Assembly (NCBI GenBank): GCA_035288865.1
Contig: DATDZA010000017.1
Span: 12,672 to 76,671, forward strand
Origin: Candidatus Nanoarchaeia archaeon
GTDB taxonomy: Archaea > Nanobdellota > Nanobdellia > Woesearchaeales > GW2011-AR4
Direction of reading: 5' to 3'
Length of the DNA stretch: 64,000 nucleotides
The notes below the pieces were generated by a model. That model was given only the letters and a program-made list of their open reading frames with translations. It was not told where the DNA came from and made no database searches. Below, one piece after another: positions 57,381 to 64,000 of this stretch. The position numbers and the translations under genes were made by a program. How positions within the stretch are numbered: the stretch's first letter is position 1; each line of letters starts with the position of its first letter.

Positions 57381-58160
57381 TTATTTTAAAGACTCGATCA
57401 ACTTTTCTTGTTTTCTTTTACTATAAATAAATCCAATTTCTTCATAAAATCTTCTTCTGTTATCTATTTGATTTTTAATTCTAAAAACTATTTGATAAGT
57501 GCAAATACCACTTTGTCTAATGCAAGATATTGGATTATAAGCTTTAGCATCTGTAGTTTCAATATTAAATTCATTAAGTATTAATCTAATTTGGTTGAAG
57601 AACTCTAATCCAGCTGGTATCAGTTCTTGTGATTTATTCATCCTCAATCTTAACCCTTTCCAACTATAAGTAGCCCCTTTATGAATACCTTCTAATTCAT
57701 CATCAAATAACGCTTGAAGAAATTTCCTTTTTATTTCTTTTTCACCATTCATAATCCAATAAGGCACTTTAAAATTAGTTAAGACTTTATCTCCAGAAGG
57801 TACACCAATTTTATTTAAACATCTAGCAAAAATACTATCTACCACATCTAATTGAAATCCTTCACGTGAATATTTTCTGATTAAGTTTATTCTTCTACCA
57901 GATATTTTTTCATAAATTTTTGCTATTTCTGTGAGCTTTTCAGGTTCACCAAAAAATCTAACCGTACCACCATTATTTTTAGTCTTACTTATGCGCAGGT
58001 GACCATCTCCAATCAAATGTCCACATATTTGTGCCAATTCTGGACTTGCTTTAAGAGGTATAATTTTTCTTTCTAAAGCATATTTCAGGAACTTTTTGCA
58101 ATTATTGTTCTTATATATTCCTTTTAAATCTTCTAATGTAACTAAAATATTTTCATTCAT
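57381..58160 (-). CDS. Free-standing LAGLIDADG homing-endonuclease-family protein
   Basis: LAQICGHLIGDGHL and FLQALFDDEL motifs; GVPSGDK..F.VP.WI, typical of intein-type LAGLIDADG domains; no splicing residues. Confidence 0.85.
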   Translation of the reverse strand: MNENILVTLEDLKGIYKNNNCKKFLKYALERKIIPLKASPELAQICGHLIGDGHLRISKTKNNGGTVRFFGEPEKLTEIAKIYEKISGRRINLIRKYSREGFQLDVVDSIFARCLNKIGVPSGDKVLTNFKVPYWIMNGEKEIKRKFLQALFDDELEGIHKGATYSWKGLRLRMNKSQELIPAGLEFFNQIRLILNEFNIETTDAKAYNPISCIRQSGICTYQIVFRIKNQIDNRRRFYEEIGFIYSKRKQEKLIESLK

Positions 58161-58169
58161 ATTAATCGG

Positions 58170-58300
58170 CCTCCAAAGTTTTTTATTTCTACAAAGACTT
58201 TGGATTTTTAAGAAAAATAGAGTGTTAAGCGAAACTCCGTAAAAGGATTTTGATATAAATCAAAAGACTTAATTTGGGAGTTTTGCGTATTCTATTTTTC
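58170..58300 (-). promoter_or_regulatory. Structured 5' leader of the LAGLIDADG gene
   Basis: Nested stems 58212-58221/58291-58300, 58232-58238/58277-58283, 58248-58254/58259-58265. Hairpin 58172-58179/58197-58204 overlaps the GGAGG RBS. Confidence 0.45.
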
Positions 58301-58321
58301 AATTTTTAGAAGAGGAATTGC

Positions 58322-58353
58322 TTTATATATTATGCGTGAAGATGTCCAGTGGT
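58322..58353 (-). promoter_or_regulatory. Conserved 19-bp upstream motif + TATA (copy 3)
   Basis: Minus strand ACCACTGGACATCTTCACG-CATAA-TATATAAA, identical 19-mer to 12609-12627. Confidence 0.7.
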
Positions 58354-58367
58354 ACAGAATAAAAGAG

Positions 58368-58544
58368 TGCGGGGAAGAGGATTCGAACCCCTGAAGGCAC
58401 TAAGCCAGTAGATATCTCTCCTGCCATGTTTTTTGTCTAGCAGGTAGATAGGCCTAAGCTATCCGAAACGCCTTGAGTTTGGGTGAGTAAATCTCTACCC
58501 CGTAAAGCCCCATTTTAATGGTTTGGCCGCTCCGGCATCCCCGC
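58368..58544 (-). tRNA. tRNA-Leu(CAA) with three introns (58504-58522, 58479-58494, 58414-58471)
   Basis: Spliced product GCGGGGATGCCGGAGCGGCCAAACGGGGTAGACTCAAGATCTACTGGCTTAGTGCCTTCAGGGGTTCGAATCCTCTTCCCCGCA folds as a long-variable-arm tRNA-Leu. The D-arm and 30/31 introns have 4-bp BHB cores. Confidence 0.88.
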
Positions 58545-58602
58545 ATAGCTTTTAGAATAAGAATTTCATTTAAAAAGATTTGCACTTGAATGTCAAAGAA
58601 TC

Positions 58603-58661
58603 AAGGCTGGGTGGAGGGCAATAGTCTTGCAGAAAGTCCGACAAGAACATTCCCTCCCTTA
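58603..58661. repeat. Bipartite ~70-bp intergenic element, copy C
   Basis: AAGGC-TGGGTGG (58608-58614), 35 nt, TTCCCTCCCTTA from 58650. Confidence 0.75.
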
Positions 58662-58734
58662 TGATAAAGTTTAATTCTAACAATAACGGACATAAAACTA
58701 ATTTTAATTAACTTAAATTCAAAAGAAAAATATT

Positions 58735-59139
58735 TTAAGTAAAACTTTTTAGTTTGCTTTCAATTGCATTCAGTTCAGACTGCAGTTTATCCAATTCTGT
58801 CTTTTCTTTCTTCTGTGGCTTCTCTTCAGAAGACGCTTCTTTTTTCTTTGCGTGAACTTTCTTGGGCTTCGGGGCGTGCTGTTTTGGAATCATCCCCTTT
58901 AGATTTGTCTGCGGAAGTTTGACTTTCAACACTCCCATCAATTTATTGGTATCTCTCATGAGAATTCTCAATCTCTGTATCTTCTCCATCTTCTGATGCC
59001 TTACTATTTTGAAATTCTCGAATCTTTGCAGCAATTCAATTATCTCCTTTAAGGTTTCCAGAATATCTTTTCTTGCCTCATCCGGCTGCTTTATCTCCAC
59101 AAAAAATAATTCACTGTGTTCTTTTGCGCTCTTTACCAT
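58735..59139 (-). CDS. Coiled-coil hypothetical protein (paralog set, gene 3)
   Basis: LFFVEIKQP..RKDILE.LKE motif plus a basic tail. Confidence 0.65.
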   Translation of the reverse strand: MVKSAKEHSELFFVEIKQPDEARKDILETLKEIIELLQRFENFKIVRHQKMEKIQRLRILMRDTNKLMGVLKVKLPQTNLKGMIPKQHAPKPKKVHAKKKEASSEEKPQKKEKTELDKLQSELNAIESKLKSFT

Positions 59140-59375
59140 GATTGCCCTGGCTCAAAAATCATCTTGTCTATGTTTTCAATTTTCTTCTCAATCTCGTCAA
59201 CAGTGCTGTTCCACATCGAGACTTCTGCATCTTCCTGGTTCCGCAGCTCATGCACGCCATGTAGCGTCCCTCTTATCTCCTCTAGTTTTCCCTTTATCAT
59301 ATCCAGAACATCTAAAATCTCCTTGTAATCGTCGACTTTTACGAAAACAGGCGCTCCGTTTCTCTCTTCCCTCAT
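59133..59375 (-). CDS. Coiled-coil hypothetical protein (paralog set, gene 2)
   Basis: PVFVKVDDYKEILDVLDMIKGKL; start at MREE. Confidence 0.65.
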   Translation of the reverse strand: MREERNGAPVFVKVDDYKEILDVLDMIKGKLEEIRGTLHGVHELRNQEDAEVSMWNSTVDEIEKKIENIDKMIFEPGQSW

Positions 59376-59376
59376 T

Positions 59377-60063
59377 TTACTCACCTTCGAATAATGTTTT
59401 ATCAATGAAAATCAATTTTTTTTGCAAATCATCAAGTGACGCCTTGAATTTTTCAAATGATTTGTCCTTCTCATGTTTTAAGCTTTCAAGCTTCATCAGG
59501 TCAGCATCTGATTTTCTCAAACCGCTTCTGATTACATTAATATGGTCAAGCGCAATCTTGAATTTATCTACTCTCACATATAAAGACTTTCCGCTTCGTA
59601 TAATCTTTCCAGCATCCTTATTTCTCATCTGGCTTGCAGGCTGGGTTAACTGGCTATTCTGCTGTGGATCATCCGCCGCGGGGGCATTAATGCCTTGCAT
59701 TCGAGGAAATTGATTAAAATCAGGAACTGAATTTGGCATCGGAGGAGCCTGGCTAAAAGCAGGACTCATTTTTGGAACTTGTGGCATATTCATATCCGGG
59801 TCAGATGCTTGTTCTTTATCTAAATCATCCAAATTCGGAAATTCCGGCATATCCTCATCTTTTCCGATATCCGGCATCTTGTCATATTCAGGAAAATTAA
59901 AGTCCAAATCATCCTTTTTTGGAGCGCTTATCTGTGGAAATTCCGGCAGATTAACATCTTTATCATCTTCAAATCCTTCCAATGGGGGAGGCGCTGGCGG
60001 CAAATCCAGCTCCGCTTCATTTCCCTGATTCTTATCTCTTTTCAAGAATTTAAAAAAACCCAC
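59377..60063 (-). CDS. Pro/Asp-rich protein with a C-terminal coiled-coil domain (paralog set, gene 1)
   Basis: Low-complexity P/D/E region, then LYVRVDKFKIALDHINVIRSGL. Confidence 0.65.
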   Translation of the reverse strand: MGFFKFLKRDKNQGNEAELDLPPAPPPLEGFEDDKDVNLPEFPQISAPKKDDLDFNFPEYDKMPDIGKDEDMPEFPNLDDLDKEQASDPDMNMPQVPKMSPAFSQAPPMPNSVPDFNQFPRMQGINAPAADDPQQNSQLTQPASQMRNKDAGKIIRSGKSLYVRVDKFKIALDHINVIRSGLRKSDADLMKLESLKHEKDKSFEKFKASLDDLQKKLIFIDKTLFEGE

Positions 60064-60167
60064 ATGACCACCTACTGCCTAAACAATGTAATCTGTATTA
60101 AAACTTTTGTTAGCATTCTTAAATGGTGATAAGGTTTCCTAAATATCAAAAAAATTAAATATGAATT

Positions 60168-60938
60168 ATGAATAAAAGTTGGAATATGAAAATTATTTCA
60201 ATAATCCTACTATTTTTAGTGTTGTTAACTGCCGTATCGGCTGCAGAAACAAATGATTGTGACTACAAAATCGAAATTTTGCTCAACAGCTCTATCTATA
60301 GCAATTCTGATTTTGTGTGGAAAATGAAAGCCACCAAAATTTCCGGAATTTCTACAAACATAACCGCCACGGCAAGAATAGAAGATTCAAACGGAAAAAT
60401 AATCAAGACTTACAAGCCATGGATTTCCGTTCCAATTTCACGGCAAAAAACTTCGGGAGAGTATTCTCCAAACCTGAAAGATGATGAATACAGATTAATT
60501 TCTGAAATAACTGTTGATTGCAATGACGCCGATAAGTCAAATAATATGGATTCAGAATATTTTGCAGTAGCAAGCGCAGCAAATGGCAATCCCCAGCAGG
60601 ATTCAAAAGAAGAAATTATGGTAGCTCAAAATCAGCCGGAATCTTCTGTTCCGGTGGAAAATATTCCGGAAGAAAACAAGTCAATAATCCAAATTATGGA
60701 AAATAAAGTGGATGTAATAAACAATACAGATGACCTGACCGCTGCGCAAAAAACAACGGAATACAGTAATGAAATTACTCTATTAAACACCTATGAGGAA
60801 AGTGATAATTCCCTGCAGGATTCTTCAAAACCGGAATTAGTTTATGAATCAAGCAATGAAAAATCACGGGCGATTGTTTTGTATGTGCTTTTAGGATTTT
60901 CAGTTTTATTTAACATAATTCTGATTTGGAAAAGATAA
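60168..60938 (+). CDS. Secreted protein with a C-terminal membrane anchor
   Basis: Signal peptide, Ig-like segment, acidic linker, TM ending IILIWKR. Confidence 0.6.
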   Translation: MNKSWNMKIISIILLFLVLLTAVSAAETNDCDYKIEILLNSSIYSNSDFVWKMKATKISGISTNITATARIEDSNGKIIKTYKPWISVPISRQKTSGEYSPNLKDDEYRLISEITVDCNDADKSNNMDSEYFAVASAANGNPQQDSKEEIMVAQNQPESSVPVENIPEENKSIIQIMENKVDVINNTDDLTAAQKTTEYSNEITLLNTYEESDNSLQDSSKPELVYESSNEKSRAIVLYVLLGFSVLFNIILIWKR

Positions 60939-61580
60939 TTAGCCGTGTTTTGTGATTATGCTATTTATAACAACAGAAATATTTTTGCATTTATTTGATA
61001 AGTTTTCCAGTAAATCATAAATTTCCTTATACTTGATAACATCTACCGGATTTTTGTAATAATGCAGTAAATCAGACAAAGCTTCATCATGCAGCCTGTC
61101 TGCCTCACTTTCAAGCTTCAGGATTTTTTTGCAGTGCTCGTCAGCGTCCTTAAGTTTTTTTAAATCCAGAATGCCATTATTTACTTCCTCTATAATTTTC
61201 ACAGCCAAATCCACAAATTTTATTGTATAGTCATCAATCCTTTCAATACTTAAAATAATAAAACTTGAAGCTAACGTATTGATTAAATCAGCAGTATCAT
61301 CCAGAAGATCAGCTAATTTTCTTATATCCTCGCTGTCCGCAGGGGTTCTGAAATTTTTGTCAAGGCTATAAATAATTTTATTCTGAATTTCATCTCCCAG
61401 CTGCTCGAGTTTTTTTATTGAAGCTGCTTTGGATTTTCTCTCATTTTTCTCAATATCAGGATAACTATCAACAAAATTCTTTAGTTCGTTAGCGCTTTTC
61501 AGGACATTTAAAGACTGCTCTGCAAGCATTTCAAAGAATTTCTCCTCTTTTGGAACAAGCCAATGCATAATTCTTTTCAT
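60939..61580 (-). CDS. DUF47 / PhoU-like phosphate transport regulator
   Basis: LVPKEEKFFEML, IKKLEQLGD, D...L..LLDD, LESEADRL, IKYKEIYDLLE. Confidence 0.9.
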   Translation of the reverse strand: MKRIMHWLVPKEEKFFEMLAEQSLNVLKSANELKNFVDSYPDIEKNERKSKAASIKKLEQLGDEIQNKIIYSLDKNFRTPADSEDIRKLADLLDDTADLINTLASSFIILSIERIDDYTIKFVDLAVKIIEEVNNGILDLKKLKDADEHCKKILKLESEADRLHDEALSDLLHYYKNPVDVIKYKEIYDLLENLSNKCKNISVVINSIITKHG

Positions 61581-61649
61581 ACCGCAAATTTAGATATTAT
61601 CTATAAATAAGTTTCTATGATTTAGAGCATTAAAAACACATACTTTACC

Positions 61650-61715
61650 GGGTGGGTAGAGTTTGGTTAAATCAAAGTGAGTAAAATAATGAAATTCATT
61701 CCATTAAGAAAATAA
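61650..61715. repeat. Bipartite ~70-bp intergenic element, copy D (more diverged)
   Basis: GGG-TGGGTAG (61653-61659), 35 nt, TTCATTCCATTAAGAAATAAT from 61695. Confidence 0.6.
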
Positions 61716-61769
61716 TGTTAGATGTTATTCTTACAAACATTTTTAAACGTCTTTATTTTCTTAAAAACT

Positions 61770-62354
61770 ATGTCAGAACAGGAAAAGCAGGGACAGCATG
61801 CTCACATAAGATGCCGGACTATTATTGAAGTTCTCGGAAAGCCAAAGGATCACATTGAGCAGGCTCTAAAAGATTACGTTGAACACATAAAAAAAGATTC
61901 TGAATTAGTTGTATTAGATGAGGATTATTCCGAATCAAAAGAGCAGGGCAAATTATGGGGCCAGTTTGTGGAATTGGATTTGGTGATAAAAGGCACTTTC
62001 AAGCTTATCAGTTTTTGTTTTGAGTATATGCCGTCTTCGATGGAAGTGATGAAGCCGGAGCACCTTATTTTGACTAACCATGAACTGGGAAGCTTCCTGA
62101 ATGATTTGCAGGCAAGGCTTCACGATGTTGACATGATCGTAAAGAAACAAAAGGCAGAGAACGATTTTATCAAGAATAATCTGAATGCAGTCGTCCACAA
62201 TATGATAGTTATATGCCTTAAAGTGAGCAAACTGACTCTTGAACAGCTTTCCCAGGTAACAGGAATAGAACAAAAAGAGCTCGAAGTTTACGTTGAAAAG
62301 CTCCTGAAGGAAAACAAGATTAAAAAAGAAGATGGGCAGTATACTTTGGTGTGA
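61770..62354 (+). CDS. Conserved-looking hypothetical protein with a C-terminal winged helix
   Basis: IIEVLGKPKDHI, FEYMPSSMEV, C-terminal LTLEQLSQVTGI..L..LLKENKI; start at MSEQ. Confidence 0.65.
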   Translation: MSEQEKQGQHAHIRCRTIIEVLGKPKDHIEQALKDYVEHIKKDSELVVLDEDYSESKEQGKLWGQFVELDLVIKGTFKLISFCFEYMPSSMEVMKPEHLILTNHELGSFLNDLQARLHDVDMIVKKQKAENDFIKNNLNAVVHNMIVICLKVSKLTLEQLSQVTGIEQKELEVYVEKLLKENKIKKEDGQYTLV

Positions 62355-62428
62355 ATTCTAAGTTATTATGTAACTATTAAAGCATCCGTATCACAATCTA
62401 TTTAAATCAAAATAAACTAATCATTCTC

Positions 62429-63649
62429 ATGGCGGATTTGAAAAAAGCAAGCGCGAAAAGCAAGGTGGAAGCGGTATTATTTTCTGTAGGCCATAAAATA
62501 ACCGTTGATGAGATAAGCAGGCTCTGCCGCTCAAGAAAAGAGGATGTGCTGGAAGCTCTTCAGGAGCTGAGGGCTGAATATGATTCAAAGCAATCCAGCC
62601 TGATGCTTTTTGAAGAAGGAGATTCATGGAAATTTGCTGTAAGGGACCATTTAATATCTGTTGTCAGGAAAATTGTTACAGAAACAGAGCTGACAAAAAG
62701 CGTCATGGAAACTTTGGCAGTCATCGCTTTCAAATATCCTGTTCTTCAGGCTGATTTGATAAAGATGAGAACCAATAAAGCTTACGACCATCTTGCTGAG
62801 CTGGAGAAATCCGGTTACATCACCAGGCAAAAGCACGGCAGGACAAATTTAATCAAGCTGACAGAAAAATTCTTCAGGTACTTTGACCTGACGGAAGAAA
62901 AGCTAAAGGACCAGTTCAAGGATTTTGACAGCATAGCAAGAGCGATCAAGGAAAAGGAAGCAGAAGTCGATAAAATCAAGGAAGATCAGGTAAAAAGGGC
63001 GCAGGATTTAAAGCAGGAAGATGAGAAAATAAGGAGTGAAATTGAATCCCTTGACAAGACAGATGAGGAATTTCCCATTCCAGTCGAGGCTTATAATACC
63101 AATCCCGAAGAATCAAAAACTGAAGTTCAGGAGGAGAAAAATGAATTCAAGGAGTTAATCAGAGGTTTGGAAGTTGTAAGTGTTCCAAAAGAAATCAAGA
63201 AAATAAAAGAAGAATCCGGTCCAAAAATTTCAGGGCAAAAACCCGAAGAAGAAAAATCCGAAAGTGAAGAATTAATGGAGGATTTGGAAGTTGTAAGTGT
63301 TCCAAAAGAAATCAAAAAACCAAGAGAAGAAATAAAAGAAAAAATTGAAGAGCCAAAACCTGAAATAAAACCGGAAGTTAAAGAACAGGAAAAACCAATT
63401 GTTGCAGAAGGGCCAGTTCACAATGCAGAGCCTCCTGCTGAAACAAGGGAAAATGAAATAATTCATCAAGTTTCTGAGCGGCAAAAACATGCTTATAGAA
63501 AAGAACATTCTCAAAAAAAGAAAAAAAAAGAGCATCATGGAATCAAGCTTCCACCAGAAGCAGAAGTAAAAGTTAATGAAAGGGTCAATGAAATAATTAA
63601 TGGCGAAGAAAATATGGAAAATAAAAATGAGGAAAATCAAAATCAATAA
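62429..63649 (+). CDS. scpB: SMC-Scp complex subunit ScpB with a long acidic C-terminal extension
   Basis: KVEAVLFS, METLAVIAFKYPV.QA.L..R, GRT...LTEKF..YFDL. Confidence 0.88.
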   Translation: MADLKKASAKSKVEAVLFSVGHKITVDEISRLCRSRKEDVLEALQELRAEYDSKQSSLMLFEEGDSWKFAVRDHLISVVRKIVTETELTKSVMETLAVIAFKYPVLQADLIKMRTNKAYDHLAELEKSGYITRQKHGRTNLIKLTEKFFRYFDLTEEKLKDQFKDFDSIARAIKEKEAEVDKIKEDQVKRAQDLKQEDEKIRSEIESLDKTDEEFPIPVEAYNTNPEESKTEVQEEKNEFKELIRGLEVVSVPKEIKKIKEESGPKISGQKPEEEKSESEELMEDLEVVSVPKEIKKPREEIKEKIEEPKPEIKPEVKEQEKPIVAEGPVHNAEPPAETRENEIIHQVSERQKHAYRKEHSQKKKKKEHHGIKLPPEAEVKVNERVNEIINGEENMENKNEENQNQ

Positions 63650-63772
63650 AATAATCTTAGTAAAATAAAAATAGTATAATAATATTTTTAATAAATTATT
63701 AATTTTTAAATTCAATAAATTTGAGTGTATACCCTTATAATTAAAAAATAATTGACAAAATTCAAAGCCAAA

Positions 63773-63913
63773 ATGTTCCTTCTACAATGCCCCAAATGCA
63801 AGAACAAGATGAAGTATCAGTCTAATGACAATTACTTGACTGGTAAAAAGAAAAGATGTGTTTATTGCAATCATGTTTTTGGTGCTAGTTCTAATGTAAT
63901 CAAGAAGATTTAA
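63773..63913 (+). CDS. 46-aa Zn-ribbon protein (below the ORF-track cutoff)
   Basis: Manual translation MFLLQCPKCKNKMKYQSNDNYLTGKKKRCVYCNHVFGASSNVIKKI*. Confidence 0.65.
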   Translation: MFLLQCPKCKNKMKYQSNDNYLTGKKKRCVYCNHVFGASSNVIKKI

Positions 63914-64000
63914 TTTTATATCTTCTTTATTTTCTATATAGAAATTTTCCATATTGAAATGAAATCAAAAACACAACCCTTATAAATCCTTTCAACTACC

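Noticed and set aside
58620-58650. GAAAGTCC resembling the RNase P RNA CR-I signature
   Set aside because: It lies inside the 35-nt core of repeat copy C; there is no room or matching P4 partner for an RNase P RNA.
745-63715. Many 60-220-aa ORF-track entries antisense to or nested in assigned genes (for example 36594-37250, 31200-31559, 59009-59713, 63272-63715)
   Set aside because: Shadow ORFs opposite well-supported genes, with Phe/Ser/Leu-rich antisense composition and no motifs.

Overview
64-kb window of an AT-rich archaeal chromosome, most likely a DPANN (Woesearchaeota-like) genome. This is an inference from the fused PriS-PriL primase, archaeal TyrRS, pelota, RFC-S, PCNA, FEN1, Hjc, Hef, PAN, EndA, RNase Z, RNase J, Trm5, BRE/TATA promoters and BHB-type tRNA introns. 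No rRNA, CRISPR array, transposase or integrase was seen. Main items of interest: (1) a candidate defence module at 52.0-57.3 kb next to tRNA-Leu, made of an unannotated RHH regulator, a single-ORF Vsr/C5-methyltransferase fusion and a divergent, translationally coupled HerA ATPase plus wHTH-NurA-like nuclease; (2) a surface-protein locus at 1.5-9.4 kb with a polytopic membrane protein ending in a GH73-type peptidoglycan-hydrolase domain and three paralogous lipoproteins; (3) a 19-bp motif placed exactly 5 bp upstream of the TATA box of three nuclease genes (cas4-like, hjc, LAGLIDADG); (4) two dispersed intergenic repeat families, one with an invariant 35-nt spacing; (5) a 200-nt structured element with a perfect 10-bp loop-loop complementarity, and a C/D-box-like sRNA; (6) tRNA-Gly with two introns and tRNA-Leu with three. 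All family assignments come from motifs recognised by eye; no database searches were run.
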